64,000 nucleotides of DNA, from NCBI GenBank assembly GCA_964438875.1, contig CAYTMM010000005.1, positions 14,968-78,967 on the forward strand, read 5' to 3'. The notes below the pieces were generated by a model. That model was not told the DNA's origin. It ran no database searches and worked only from the letters and a program-made list of their open reading frames with translations. Shown here piece after piece: positions 1 to 10,557 of the stretch. A program made the position numbers and the translations under genes. Position 1 is the first letter of the stretch. Every line of letters starts with the position of its first letter. Source of the DNA: an uncultured Sphingosinicella sp. Its GTDB lineage: Bacteria > Pseudomonadota > Alphaproteobacteria > Sphingomonadales > Sphingomonadaceae.

Positions 1-183
1 GGAGAAGCCGCCATCATCATAAGCCTCTTTGACCAGCGTCCAGCCTTCGTGGCGCTGGCTCGTGATATAGGCGCCGCAGGCCTCGCGCTGCGCATCGAGA
101 CTGTTGAACGCCTGGTCCAGCCCTTCCTCGGTGGACTTGCGAGTGTAGATCGCGCAGCGAACCTTCCTGCCCGTCTCAGCCAT
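1..183 (-). CDS. Large serine recombinase (recombinase family protein), N-terminal part; runs off the window start
   Basis: Manual translation: [61 protein letters not shown]. Contains the resolvase catalytic Y-T-R-K-S motif, SLDAQR and YDDGGFSG. Start overlaps the DUF2924 stop. Confidence 0.9.
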   Translation of the reverse strand, partial: MAETGRKVRCAIYTRKSTEEGLDQAFNSLDAQREACGAYITSQRHEGWTLVKEAYDDGGFS

Positions 184-577
184 GGTTGTTGAGTCCGAAG
201 AAGCGTGGTCCCGACCAATGCACGCCGGTCACCTCGCGCGCGATCGCTGACAAGGAGCGATAGGTCCGGTCCTCGAACAAATAGCCGTCTTCGGTGATGG
301 TGACCGAGATGGTTCTGCCGTTCCAGCTTCGGATGAGCTGGGTGCCGGGCTTCGAGGTGCTGGCCGGAACACGACCTTCAAGGTTCATCAGCGCCGCGCG
401 AGCGCGCTTGGGCAATGCGCCATAGGCCCGTTCCTGCAGGCGATAGGCGATGCCGTGTCGGAGCAGGTCCGGGGACAGGCGTGGCGGCTCGGCCTTGTAG
501 ACCGAGGCCCACTCCTGCCTCAGCCCGGCCGGCGACAGGGTCGCCAGCCGGGCAAGCCGATCGTCGAGACCGGCCAT
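176..577 (-). CDS. DUF2924 domain protein
   Basis: LR-W-...-IAYRLQE-AYG, then [10 protein letters not shown] and [22 protein letters not shown]. Lies between DUF3489 and the recombinase, the usual arrangement. Confidence 0.88.
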   Translation of the reverse strand: MAGLDDRLARLATLSPAGLRQEWASVYKAEPPRLSPDLLRHGIAYRLQERAYGALPKRARAALMNLEGRVPASTSKPGTQLIRSWNGRTISVTITEDGYLFEDRTYRSLSAIAREVTGVHWSGPRFFGLNNHG

Positions 578-579
578 GA

Positions 580-1098
580 TCAGGCAGCCCGCGAGATATG
601 GTAGAAGGTGATGTCATCGCGCTTGTCGCGAACGATCATGTGGCCTTTCTTGCGAAGGCCGGTCAGCGCCGCCCGGGTCGTGTGCGGGAGCCAGCCGGTG
701 GCTTCGGTCAGCTCAGCCAAGGTCGCCCCATCCTTACGCCGGAGCAGGTCGATCACCGTGGCGATCTTCGAACCGGGCTTCGGGCGTGGGGATGCAGGGG
801 GTGATGCCGACTTCTTCGTTGCATCTGGCTCTTCCTCGCCGGCAATGAGCGCGCGCCCGGCATCGGTGATGACTACGCCGACATGCCGGTCATCCGCCTG
901 CCGCCACCGGCGCGTAGGGTCGCTGGTCTCGATCTCGACCGCCAAGGATCGTTTGATCAGGGCGGTGACCGCCGTGCGGATGCGATCGCCCTGTGCGCTG
1001 ATGCTGTCGGCGGGCGGGAACAGGCTACCATCGTCGCGTTGGCAGGCGGTAGCAAGCAGGATATGCTGCAGGTCGTTGAGCTTCGAAGTGCGGGTCAT
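580..1098 (-). CDS. DUF3489 domain protein
   Basis: C-terminal SKIATVIDLLRRKDGATLAELTEATGWLPHTTRAALTGLRKKG winged-helix motif. ATG at 1098 follows an AGGAG RBS. Confidence 0.88.
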   Translation of the reverse strand: MTRTSKLNDLQHILLATACQRDDGSLFPPADSISAQGDRIRTAVTALIKRSLAVEIETSDPTRRWRQADDRHVGVVITDAGRALIAGEEEPDATKKSASPPASPRPKPGSKIATVIDLLRRKDGATLAELTEATGWLPHTTRAALTGLRKKGHMIVRDKRDDITFYHISRAA

Positions 1099-1277
1099 GG
1101 TGGGTCTCCTTGTGGGGAGCGACACCTTCGCCTGTCCTGAGCGAAGTCGAAGGGCCGTCTCCCACCACCCACAGCCCCGCCGGTCAGCCGGTCGGGGCAG
1201 GCCGCCCGGTCTGTCTGGCGGCCGCGACTCGTCTCACCACCATGCTCGAACCGGCAGCGAAGTCGAATGGAAGTTTG

Positions 1278-1940
1278 CTATGCTCTGGGCTTCGGACCAC
1301 GTTTCCGGGGCTGAAGCTTGCGGCCGGTGCGCTGCTCGAGCGCCGCGAGCCATTGCGCGTTCCCGATCGGGCGCCCGGACGTTTCCGATTGCCGGAGCGC
1401 GCGCCATGCCTGCGCGTCGTCGGCGGACGCGCCCAGCAGGGCGGCGAAGTCGCCATAGCGCTCGCGCGCGGGCGCGACTTTCACCAGCTCGTCATCCGCG
1501 TTCGCCAGATGCGCGCGAACGCTGGACCATGGCCAGTCCTCGGCGCGATCGACCAGCCGCGCCCGGACCGGATTGAGCGAGACGTAGCGCATGGCGTGGA
1601 AGAGGTGCGTCTCGTCCATCACGACGGCGCCGAACCGGCCCTGCCACAGATGCCCGGTCCAGCGGTGTCGCGCGTTGATGAAGCCAGTGTAGCGCCGATG
1701 CGCGTCCGCGAAGGTGCGGCGCAGGCCATCCTCGTCCGCCGGCACGACGATGAGGTGGACATGATTGGGCATCAGGCAATAGCACCAGATCTCGCTGCCG
1801 GCGCGCTCGGCGGCCTCGGCGAGCAGATCCCGGTAGAGCGCGTAGTCGCCATCCTCGAAGAAGGTCCGCTCGCGCCGGTTGCCGCGCTGGGTCACGTGAT
1901 AGGGAAGACCGGGAAGAACCAAGCGATGCAGACGAACCAT
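1278..1940 (-). CDS. REP-associated tyrosine transposase (RAYT, Y1 HUH family)
   Basis: YHVTQRGNRR, YCLMPNHVHL (HUH motif), LWQGRF, YVSLNPVRA and WPWSS motifs. Confidence 0.9.
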   Translation of the reverse strand: MVRLHRLVLPGLPYHVTQRGNRRERTFFEDGDYALYRDLLAEAAERAGSEIWCYCLMPNHVHLIVVPADEDGLRRTFADAHRRYTGFINARHRWTGHLWQGRFGAVVMDETHLFHAMRYVSLNPVRARLVDRAEDWPWSSVRAHLANADDELVKVAPARERYGDFAALLGASADDAQAWRALRQSETSGRPIGNAQWLAALEQRTGRKLQPRKRGPKPRA

Positions 1941-1970
1941 TGCGTAGCCGTAGCGAATTTCGGGTATTTA

Positions 1971-2042
1971 GTGCACCGTCACCGTAATTCTACGCTGTAA
2001 GCTACACTAGCACCGTAATCTCATAATATCAACCGTAATCTC
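1971..2042. repeat. REP-like end GTGCACCGTCACCGTAATTC plus two further ACCGTAAT(C/T)TC-type copies
   Basis: ACCGTAAT occurs at 1981, 2012 and 2032, between the RAYT start and the immunity gene stop. Confidence 0.55.
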
Positions 2043-2475
2043 AAAATATATCTAAATCGTCAAATCTAGGATCATTAATTGTACTATTGAATTTATCCAA
2101 AATATCCTGAGGTAATTGAATGTCTTTTCTATTGTTTATGAAATTTAATGTAAAAATAAATTCATCATACCATTCATCAAAGAGATCTATATCAAGAAAA
2201 TATTCTAACGTGGGTAAATATCTATCCAAGTGGCCCCAATAGTCAATTGCAACTTTCATGCATTCCGCAGTCAAAGACGGAACCATGTTTATTATGTACT
2301 CATGACAAACTTCTAAAATATATTCATCTTCTTTGAACGAGTACCCATACATATAAATATACGATATTAACTTTGAAGAATCTTTTCTGTAGCGAATGAT
2401 TTGGCTTTTTAGCTCAGGCTCATCATTGATATCTAAGCCAGTGGAGCGAAATTTTTCCTCGATTGCTACTGACAT
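2041..2475 (-). CDS. Putative immunity protein for the Rhs toxin (144 aa, acidic)
   Basis: Very AT-rich ORF; its ATG (2475-2473) overlaps the last codons of the Rhs gene, the classic toxin-immunity coupling. No family recognised. Confidence 0.7.
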   Translation of the reverse strand: MSVAIEEKFRSTGLDINDEPELKSQIIRYRKDSSKLISYIYMYGYSFKEDEYILEVCHEYIINMVPSLTAECMKVAIDYWGHLDRYLPTLEYFLDIDLFDEWYDEFIFTLNFINNRKDIQLPQDILDKFNSTINDPRFDDLDIF

Positions 2476-5400
2476 ATTCGAGATGCTCCCACACAATCTG
2501 TACGACCTATACGACGCAAAACTGATTCTGCTTCATTCAAAAGCCGTTGACCTCTCGCAGATGCCGACCGAAGCGAAGCTGCGCTTTCAGGGCTGAGATT
2601 TCCAGACCGAAGAAGCCTTTCCGATCTAATAAGATCACTTCTTAACGCTCGAGTGGCTTGGCGTACATCAGCGATGTGGTCGTATGGCCTGCCGTCGGGA
2701 CGTCTCGCAACCACCTCCCCCCGAGCTTCGCGTGCGGCAGCCTGATAGTGGCGACGGTTCAAGGTGTTGGCTCGACGGCCAATTCTATCCTCTAATTCGG
2801 GTGCGGGTATGTTTACATTTCGCCTCGGCTCGGGATCAAGTGGCGGGCCACCGTTATCGCTTCGAGACACGCTCCGATCAGAAGCTGGGATTTCGTTCCG
2901 TCCGGAATTATCCGACATAATCATCGCGCCGCCGGCGAGGATTACAAGACCCGAAACGATGAGATTTCCTGCAGCACAAGCCGGCGCGGCGGGACCGGTA
3001 AACGCGCAAAGTACGATTTCTGGTCCGTTGCCTGTGGAATCGACTAAGTTAATTGGATCATTGTTGACATAGGCATAGAGATTGATCCCACCTTCATATC
3101 CGACCGGATCAGTCTGCAGGAACCTTCCCAGGGTCGGCGAGTAGAGCCGCGCCTTGTAATGCCACATCCCGATCTCGGCGAGCCAGATTTGCCCGGTATA
3201 GCCGAACCGCCCCTGATTGGCGCTGTTGGGGATGCCCCACGCATCATAGGCATTGGTCGCGATCGACGTGCCGCCGGAGTCGGCAACCGCGACGATCGAG
3301 CCCTGATGATCACGGAACAGCGCGCGGCGGGTAGCGAGGTTGGCGCCTTCGTACCACAGCACCGGATCGTCATTGCCCAGCCCGTGGGCATAGCGGCGCA
3401 GCAAGGTGCCGGACGAGTTATACTCCGCGACCAGCTCGTCCCCATCGTACAGGAACCGCGTCGTGTTCCCGCCACTCACGACCTGGAACAGCCGGCCCAG
3501 CGGATCGTAGGTCAGAGTGGCGCTGCTGCCGCCCGTAGCCGACACTAGCCGGTTCTCCGCATCGTAGACGTAGTTGGTGGCCCCATCCGCCTTGAGGTTG
3601 CCGTTCGCGTCATAGGTGAACGACGCGCCACCGGCGGCGGTGTACTGGTTCAGCCCGTTCACCGTGTAGCTGCGCGTGACGTTGTACGCGGTGTCCGACG
3701 CATAGGCGTCATTGTCGCGCGTGCGCGTCACGATCTGGCTCGCCGGATTGTAGGCAAACGTCCAGGCGACGTCCCGGTTAGTCGCCGCCAAGTTGTGGCT
3801 GAGGCTGTTCAGCCGCGAGATCGCGTCATAGCCGAAGCTCGACGACGCGCCCGCATAGGTCTGCCCCGACGGCCGGGCCGCAGCATCATAGCTGAACGTC
3901 GCCACCGCCGTGCCGCCATTCTCGCGGATATCGGTGAGCTGCCCGTTCGCCGCCTGATCGTAGATGAAGTAGTTGCTGTCCGGGAACGTCAGCCGGGTAC
4001 GGCGGCTTCCCGCGTCGTGCTGGTAGGTCAGCGTCTGGCTCGTGCCGACCGTGTTGTTCGCCGATGACGCCAGTCGGCCGAACGCATCGTAGGTGTTGGT
4101 GATCCCCACTCCCGAGGTCGAGCCGAACCGCACGAACGTCTGCGCATTCCTGAGATCGTAGCCGTAATGGACCGTATAGGCCGCAGCACCGCTGGCCGAG
4201 GCCGGCACCGTCTTGGTGAGCATCCGGTTCAGATTGTCGTAGCTGTAGGTGATCGTCACCCCGTCGCGCTTGCGCAGGGTCAGGCGGTTGCCGACGGCGT
4301 CATATGTGTAGGCTTCGTAATCCGCCTCGTTCACCGAGCCGGCCGTGGTCAGATGCGGGAACACCCAGCGGATCAGCCGGTCATGCCCGTCATATCGCAG
4401 GTCCGCCCGGTTGCCGTTCGCGTCCGTCACCCGCGTGCGCTGGCCGTTCTGGCTGTAGAGATAGGTCGCATAGTCCTGCTGCAAGGATGTGCCGTAGGCC
4501 CGCTGCACCTTGAGGAGCTGGTTCGCCACGTCATAGGTGTTGCGCGTGATCCGGTCCGGACCCTGGCTCCCCTCCGTGCCCAAGGTGCAGGCGCTGCCGG
4601 GCAGCGAGGCGTAGATGGCCGGGTTCATCCGCTGCGTCTCGCACTCCAGCCGGTTGCGGTTATCGAATGTTCGCTGCACCAAGGTGTGCGTCGTGCTGCC
4701 CGAGATCGTCCGCTGCACGGCCGGGTTGCGCCGCGCGTCATAGGTGATCTCGGTGCGGCGGGTCTCCGACAGGGTGATGGAGGACTGAGGCGGAACGGTG
4801 GCGGGCACCGTCCCTTCCGCGGTCACGGTCGGCTTGTCGTCCGAGGCGCGGTAGGTGATCTGCCGCGCCGTGCGCACGCCGTTGGCGCCGACCGCGTCGA
4901 TCTCCCAGATCCGGCGGCCGTGCACGTCATAGTAGAAGTAGCGCGCGTCCGCGGTGCCGGCGAGCGGCCCGTCCTCGATCAGCACCCGCCCGGCCGTGTC
5001 ATAGGTATAGGTGGTCACCAGCTGCGTGCTGGTCGCCGGATCGACCTGGGCCACGGTCGCAGGCAGATTGGTGTTGTTCCAGTAAGTGTATTCGGTACGG
5101 ATCTCCTGGGTCGTTCCACAGGTGGTGGTGATCCCGCACACCCGCGTCACCGTGCGCCGGCTGAGCCCGGAGCTGACCGTATATTCGTGGATCGTGCGTC
5201 GGCGCACCCCATCTGCGTCGGCCGGGTCATCCTGCTGGGTCTGCTGGCCGGCGGCGTTGAACACATAGTCGGTCTGTCGACTCAGCCCGTCGCGCGACCA
5301 GACGGGGCGGTAGCAGGCAACGCTGTAGGTGGAGCAAGTATAGTGCGCGGTCTCCGTGATCGCGGCATCTCCAGAGCTGGGTTTCGCGGTCGCCGTGCGC

Positions 5401-6617
5401 GAGGTGACGTTGCCCGCCACGCCGTAGACCACGTCCACCCGGTTGCTCTCCGGATAGGTCGCCCGGTTCGGGCGGTAACTCAGATCATAGGTGTAACTGG
5501 TCTGCCGGCCGAGCGAATCGGTGACGCTGGAGACGACCCGGCGCGGGCCGCCGTCCAGCCCATTGACGTCCGTATAGGTGTAGACCTGATTGTAGCTGTT
5601 CGGCCCCGTCACGGTCAGCGCGTTCCAGATCCACGTCTTGTGCGTGGCGCTCCAGTGCAGGTTGGTATAGGCGTAGTTCCAGGTAACGCCGTCGCGCGTA
5701 ACCGAGCCGACCACGGGGCCGCCGGAGTGGGTCGTAACCTGGATGCTGTCCGTGCTCTCGCCGGGCAGCCGCAGCGAACCACTGGGGGTCTCCACCTCGC
5801 CGGCAAATTTGTTGGTACACCCGTTACAGGTGTATATTCGCCCGCCCAGATCCGTGATCGTCGTGCCATCCAGGCTGTAGGTGAGCTGGCCCAGCGGGGT
5901 CGAAGGCTCGGACGTGCGGTAGATCGTCGCCTGGGAGGGCGCGGCCCAGCCCGGGGTCCACATCGTGTTGGAATGGTAGGAGATGGTGATGTGGTAGCCG
6001 AGATTGCTGCTGATCGTGGTCGGCCGATGGTAGTTCACGCCCGAGTCCAGCGTGGTCGCATAGCTGTAGCTGATGACCTCGCCGGTCGGATAGACCACGG
6101 ACGACGCGTAATATTGGAGATACGTTATATCTCCCGACACGGTCTGATGCTGCAGTTGGTCGAACGTCCAGAACGCCCCCGTCCCCTCTTCCCGGAAGGT
6201 GAGCGCCCAGGGCGAGAAGCTGGAGCCGGTGCCCATGACGCTGGTGCAGACATCGTCGAAAGCGCACTGAAAGCTTTCGGAAGTTCCGCGGCCGGTGTGG
6301 ATCGCAAAATTGCCTTCTGAGTAGCTTCCGAACGGGCTTATCCGTTGCCCATTCACATAAGGCGCCATGTTCAGCACCCGGTCGAACCGCAGATTGGGCG
6401 CGCCCGGCACTGACAAGGTCGGTATCGGAAGTTGGGTCTTGCCGGTGATGAGGTTGACCCCATTCTGGTCCTCCTCGACCCGCAAAGGCGAGATCACCTG
6501 GGGCGGATCCTGCGCCAAAGCCGGCGCGCCGCACAGCATAAGGGCGATCATGCCCAAGATAAGCCGCAGGACAAACCCGCGACCCGCCGCGACCCGGGCA
6601 ATCGCACCAGATACCAT
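2466..6617 (-). CDS. Rhs/YD-repeat polymorphic toxin with Sec signal peptide and Ntox28-like C-terminal toxin domain
   Basis: Many YD repeats; Rhs core [33 protein letters not shown]; hydrophobic segment after the core; tip [19 protein letters not shown]; N-terminal [19 protein letters not shown] signal. Start placed after a GGGG RBS. Confidence 0.9.
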   Translation of the reverse strand: MVSGAIARVAAGRGFVLRLILGMIALMLCGAPALAQDPPQVISPLRVEEDQNGVNLITGKTQLPIPTLSVPGAPNLRFDRVLNMAPYVNGQRISPFGSYSEGNFAIHTGRGTSESFQCAFDDVCTSVMGTGSSFSPWALTFREEGTGAFWTFDQLQHQTVSGDITYLQYYASSVVYPTGEVISYSYATTLDSGVNYHRPTTISSNLGYHITISYHSNTMWTPGWAAPSQATIYRTSEPSTPLGQLTYSLDGTTITDLGGRIYTCNGCTNKFAGEVETPSGSLRLPGESTDSIQVTTHSGGPVVGSVTRDGVTWNYAYTNLHWSATHKTWIWNALTVTGPNSYNQVYTYTDVNGLDGGPRRVVSSVTDSLGRQTSYTYDLSYRPNRATYPESNRVDVVYGVAGNVTSRTATAKPSSGDAAITETAHYTCSTYSVACYRPVWSRDGLSRQTDYVFNAAGQQTQQDDPADADGVRRRTIHEYTVSSGLSRRTVTRVCGITTTCGTTQEIRTEYTYWNNTNLPATVAQVDPATSTQLVTTYTYDTAGRVLIEDGPLAGTADARYFYYDVHGRRIWEIDAVGANGVRTARQITYRASDDKPTVTAEGTVPATVPPQSSITLSETRRTEITYDARRNPAVQRTISGSTTHTLVQRTFDNRNRLECETQRMNPAIYASLPGSACTLGTEGSQGPDRITRNTYDVANQLLKVQRAYGTSLQQDYATYLYSQNGQRTRVTDANGNRADLRYDGHDRLIRWVFPHLTTAGSVNEADYEAYTYDAVGNRLTLRKRDGVTITYSYDNLNRMLTKTVPASASGAAAYTVHYGYDLRNAQTFVRFGSTSGVGITNTYDAFGRLASSANNTVGTSQTLTYQHDAGSRRTRLTFPDSNYFIYDQAANGQLTDIRENGGTAVATFSYDAAARPSGQTYAGASSSFGYDAISRLNSLSHNLAATNRDVAWTFAYNPASQIVTRTRDNDAYASDTAYNVTRSYTVNGLNQYTAAGGASFTYDANGNLKADGATNYVYDAENRLVSATGGSSATLTYDPLGRLFQVVSGGNTTRFLYDGDELVAEYNSSGTLLRRYAHGLGNDDPVLWYEGANLATRRALFRDHQGSIVAVADSGGTSIATNAYDAWGIPNSANQGRFGYTGQIWLAEIGMWHYKARLYSPTLGRFLQTDPVGYEGGINLYAYVNNDPINLVDSTGNGPEIVLCAFTGPAAPACAAGNLIVSGLVILAGGAMIMSDNSGRNEIPASDRSVSRSDNGGPPLDPEPRRNVNIPAPELEDRIGRRANTLNRRHYQAAAREARGEVVARRPDGRPYDHIADVRQATRALRSDLIRSERLLRSGNLSPESAASLRSASARGQRLLNEAESVLRRIGRTDCVGASRICQ

Positions 6618-6703
6618 TCCATCCCCCTTGGACGTCGTCACGCTAAGATCGGTGAACAACGGCATCGCCTCGCCGAGCCCGGCGCCAAGCTGCGGCCGGG
6701 CCA

Positions 6704-7252
6704 TCACCAGCAGTCTCCAGGCAGGATGTAGACGCCCAATATACCGTGCGACGTCGCCCCCAAACTGTCCTGGACGATGTAGGTGACCTGGACCCCGCCG
6801 GGCGTCGCACCAGCCGTGAACCGCACATTGGTCGATGATTCCGCATAGGCCGATCCGTAGGCCGGAACGATGCTATGGATGCCGACCAGGGACAGCGGAT
6901 AATTTCCTTCCGGATCGGTGTCGTTTGCGACCACGTTGACCGAGATGCTGGTGCATACATCCATCGACCCGCCATCGTCCGAATTTGCCACCGGGGGCTG
7001 ATTAGGCGGCGGCGGAGGTGGCGTGCCGCCCCCACCGCCAGCACCATCCACCACATAAGAGGAACGATTTCCGGCGGCATCGTAGGAGACCGCCGTCACG
7101 ATCCCATCATTGACCGTGCCGCTGCTGCTGGTCGCCACCAACCGCCCGAGCGCATCGTAAGTGTAGGTAACCGTCTCGCTGGCAATGCCTGCGCCATGGA
7201 GGCCGAGGGCACCCGCTGCCACACCGAGCAGATAGGCGATCTTCTTGTTCAT
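6704..7252 (-). CDS. Small secreted YD-repeat protein with Gly/Pro linker and Ig/cadherin-like C-terminal domain
   Basis: Signal peptide, YTYDALGRL...[26 protein letters not shown] linker, [11 protein letters not shown] and YIVQDSLGA motifs. Confidence 0.75.
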   Translation of the reverse strand: MNKKIAYLLGVAAGALGLHGAGIASETVTYTYDALGRLVATSSSGTVNDGIVTAVSYDAAGNRSSYVVDGAGGGGGTPPPPPPNQPPVANSDDGGSMDVCTSISVNVVANDTDPEGNYPLSLVGIHSIVPAYGSAYAESSTNVRFTAGATPGGVQVTYIVQDSLGATSHGILGVYILPGDCW

Positions 7253-7593
7253 TCGTCCCCCCGTGTAAAAATAGCGAATGCCGCCCCTAAAGGCGCGACA
7301 CAGCCCCGTATTTCTACTGTATGTCCACTATGATTTAAGCAATCAGGTCACGATTCACCCACATTATCGAGTCGAAACCTCTATATGGGGAACAATGGAA
7401 TCAACTTCTGTCAAGTGATCTTGTGGTTGTTACAAAATCATATCCAATCAATAAATTGCTGCGCTGCATCATTTCTGGTTCGTTATGGATGTTTCTGCTC
7501 TGTAGATTCCAGATATCCAATATTTACCTTGGCAATGCGCGTCCAACCCCACATTATCCTGGATCGAATCGTCGCCAGTAACGAGGTGGGTCG

Positions 7594-7914
7594 GTGCATC
7601 GATTGGGTGGCATAGGCGCGTGGGCCGCCATATGGCTGGTCACACTTTCATGGTCTGTGCCGGGGCGCACTGCCTATTCCGACCCCGCCGGCTCGGGCGT
7701 CATCGTCTCCGCCGTGCGCTGGCTGGAGGGCACCCTGCTCGGCACGATCGCGACCGTCGTGGCGGTCATCGCGGTCGCCTCAGTCGGCCTCCTCATGCTC
7801 ACCGGCCGGATCAACTGGCGCTATGGCGCGACCGTGATCCTGGGCTGCTTCATCCTGTTCGGCGCCGCCAGCATCGTCGCCGGCATCCAGTCCACCGCGA
7901 GCCTTGGCAGGTGA
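7594..7914 (+). CDS. virB2: TrbC/VirB2 family pilin
   Basis: WLEGTLLGTIATVVAVIAVASVGLLMLTGRINWR...ILGCFILFGA; first gene of the virB operon. Confidence 0.85.
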   Translation: MHRLGGIGAWAAIWLVTLSWSVPGRTAYSDPAGSGVIVSAVRWLEGTLLGTIATVVAVIAVASVGLLMLTGRINWRYGATVILGCFILFGAASIVAGIQSTASLGR

Positions 7915-7918
7915 TGGC

Positions 7919-8203
7919 GTGAACGGCCTCGAACGCGATACCCTGTTCGTCGCCCTGACCCGCCCGCAGATGTTCGCCGGCGTCACCTACTCCTATTTCA
8001 TCTTCAATCTGGTGCTGGCGACCGAGGGGTTCCTCATTTTCAAGTCAGTCTGGGTGCTGGTGCTGGCGGTGGTCGTCCATCTCGTCGGCATGCTCTTGTG
8101 CCTGCGCGAGCCGCGCTTCTTCGACCTGTGGCTGACCCGTGTCAGCCGCTGTCCCAGGGTCCGCAACCATGCGATCTGGCGGTGCAACTCCTACCGGCCC
8201 TGA
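7919..8203 (+). CDS. virB3: VirB3 family protein
   Basis: LFVALTRPQMFAGV and REPRFFDLW motifs. GTG start at 7919 is inferred. Confidence 0.88.
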   Translation: MNGLERDTLFVALTRPQMFAGVTYSYFIFNLVLATEGFLIFKSVWVLVLAVVVHLVGMLLCLREPRFFDLWLTRVSRCPRVRNHAIWRCNSYRP

Positions 8204-10557
8204 CCCGCGACCCCGCCGTTATCGCACGCGAACGGCCGGCCGGGCATCACCTTCCCTATGCGCATCATGTCGACGATCACACGGTCGCGACCAAAGACGG
8301 CCTGCTCCTGCAGTTCATCCAGCTGCGCGGCCTGCTGTTCGAGACCGCCGATACGGACGAGCTCAACTATAGGAAGCGCCTGCGCGATGCGATGCTGCAG
8401 GCGGTGGGATCCTCAAGGTTCGCGCTCTGCCATCATATCGTCCGGCGCCGGATCGATGCCGAGCTTTCGTCGGACTATCCCGATCCGTTCTCACGGCAGC
8501 TCGGCCAGAGCTGGAGCGACCGGCTCGCCACCCGCCAGCTCTATGTCAATGACCTCTTCCTCACCCTCATCCGCCGGCCATTGCCCGGCAAGCTCGGCGG
8601 GCTCGACCGCCTGCGCGCGTTCCTCGGCCGCGCCACCGGTCATGACGATGAGGCGCATGTCTCAGCGGAGCTGCGCCAGCTCGACGCGGCCCGCGATGCG
8701 CTGATCGCGTCGCTCGGCAGCTATGCCCCGCGCCTGCTCGGGGTCTACAAGACCCGTCAGGGTCATTGTTCCGAACCACTGGAGTTCCTCTCCAGCCTCT
8801 ACAATGGTGAGCTGCGCCCCGTATTGCTGCCCGAGCAGGATCTGGGCGCCTATCTCCCCTATCGGCGGATCAGTTTCGGGCAGGAGGCCATCGAGCTCGG
8901 CCGGGCCGGGGCATCACCACGTGCGTTCGTCGGGCTGGTCTCGATCAAGGATTATCCCGGCCAGACCGCGCCCGGCATGCTGGACGAGCTCTTACGCCTG
9001 CCGTTCGAGCTCAACGTCTCGCAAAGTTTCGCCTTTGTCGAACGGCAGGCGGCGCTTTCGCGGATGAACCTGGCGCTGCGGCGCATGCGCTCGGCCGAGG
9101 ACGAGGCGTTGAGCCTGCGCGCCGATCTTACCCATGCCAAGGACGATGTCGCGGCCGGACGCGCGGGGTTCGGCGAGCATCACATGACCATCGCGATCCG
9201 GTCGGACACGCCGCAGGGCGTCGATGACGGTGTGGCCGAAGCGCAGGCCGTGCTCTCAGATCTCGGCATCCTGTCGGTCCGCGAGGAGATCGCGCTGGAG
9301 CCGGCCTTCTGGGCGCAGTTCCCCGGCAACTTCAAATATATCGCGCGGCGCGGCCTCGTCTCGACCAGCAATTTCGCGAGCCTGGCGAGCGGGCATAATT
9401 TCCCGCAAGGGCTGGCCGACGGCAACCATTGGGGCGAGGCGGTCACCCTGCTGGAGACCACGGCGGCAGGGCCTTATTATTTCAATTTCCATCAGGGCGA
9501 TCTGGGCAACTTCACGATTATCGGCCCGTCGGGATCGGGCAAGACCGTAGTGCTCAACTTCCTCCTCGCCCAGGCCCGCAAATACCGTCCCCGCATCATC
9601 TTCTTCGACAAGGATCGCGGTGCCGAGCTCTTCATCCGCGCGATCGGCGGGCGCTATGACCGGCTCCATGCCGGCGCGCCTTCCGGGCTCAACCCACTCC
9701 AGCTGCCGGACAGCGCGCAAAATCGTGAGTTCCTGATCGACTGGCTGGGCCTGCTGGCCGGCGATCCCAGCATCGAAGAGGTCGGGCAGATCAAGGATGC
9801 GATCGACGCGAGCTTTGAACAGCCTCTCGAGCATCGCCGCCTGCGCCATCTGGTCGAGCTGTTCCGCGGCGGGCATCGCCCCCATGCGGGCGATCTCTGG
9901 TCGCGGCTGCGCCCCTGGTGGGGCGAGGGCGAGCGGGCCTGGCTGTTCGACAATGCGACAGACCGGACCGATCTCGATGCAGACGCGATCGGGTTCGACA
10001 TGACCCAGATCCTCGACCATCCGACCTTACGCACGCCCGCCATGATGTATCTGTTCCACCGGGTGGAGGAGCGGCTCGACGGGTCGCCCGCGATCATCGT
10101 GGTGGACGAAGGCTGGAAGGCGCTCGACGACGAGGTGTTCGTGCGCCGGATCAAGGACTGGGAGAAGACGATCCGCAAGCGCAACGGGATCGTCGGGTTC
10201 GCGACCCAGAGCGCGCAGGATGCGCTGGAGAGCCGGATCGCCAGCGCGATCATCGAACAGGCCGCGACCCAGATATTCATGGCGAACCCCAAAGCGCGCG
10301 CTGCCGACTATATGGACGGGTTCGGGCTGACCCAACACGAATATGATCTGGTGCGCACCCTTCCCGACAGCGCGCATTGCTTTCTCATCAAGCATGGCGC
10401 GGAGAGCGTGGTCGCACGGCTCGACCTCTCCAGCGAGCGCGACCTGCTCACCATCTTGTCGGGACGCGAACGCACGGTGCGGCTGCTCGACGAGATCCGC
10501 GCCGCCAATGGCGACGATCCCGCCGACTGGATCCCCCGGTTGCTGGAGGTCGCATGA
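8182..10557 (+). CDS. virB4: VirB4 ATPase
   Basis: Walker A GPSGSGKT, FDKDRG, Walker B IIVVDEGW, RKRNG...FATQS. GTG start overlapping virB3 is inferred. Confidence 0.95.
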   Translation: MQLLPALTRDPAVIARERPAGHHLPYAHHVDDHTVATKDGLLLQFIQLRGLLFETADTDELNYRKRLRDAMLQAVGSSRFALCHHIVRRRIDAELSSDYPDPFSRQLGQSWSDRLATRQLYVNDLFLTLIRRPLPGKLGGLDRLRAFLGRATGHDDEAHVSAELRQLDAARDALIASLGSYAPRLLGVYKTRQGHCSEPLEFLSSLYNGELRPVLLPEQDLGAYLPYRRISFGQEAIELGRAGASPRAFVGLVSIKDYPGQTAPGMLDELLRLPFELNVSQSFAFVERQAALSRMNLALRRMRSAEDEALSLRADLTHAKDDVAAGRAGFGEHHMTIAIRSDTPQGVDDGVAEAQAVLSDLGILSVREEIALEPAFWAQFPGNFKYIARRGLVSTSNFASLASGHNFPQGLADGNHWGEAVTLLETTAAGPYYFNFHQGDLGNFTIIGPSGSGKTVVLNFLLAQARKYRPRIIFFDKDRGAELFIRAIGGRYDRLHAGAPSGLNPLQLPDSAQNREFLIDWLGLLAGDPSIEEVGQIKDAIDASFEQPLEHRRLRHLVELFRGGHRPHAGDLWSRLRPWWGEGERAWLFDNATDRTDLDADAIGFDMTQILDHPTLRTPAMMYLFHRVEERLDGSPAIIVVDEGWKALDDEVFVRRIKDWEKTIRKRNGIVGFATQSAQDALESRIASAIIEQAATQIFMANPKARAADYMDGFGLTQHEYDLVRTLPDSAHCFLIKHGAESVVARLDLSSERDLLTILSGRERTVRLLDEIRAANGDDPADWIPRLLEVA

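Noticed and set aside
4167-6320. 717-aa plus-strand ORF
   Set aside because: Antisense shadow of the Rhs gene; no motifs. Similar shadows (25313-26893, 42103-43839, 43909-45507, 49756-51741, 58908-60365) reflect GC-rich codon bias.
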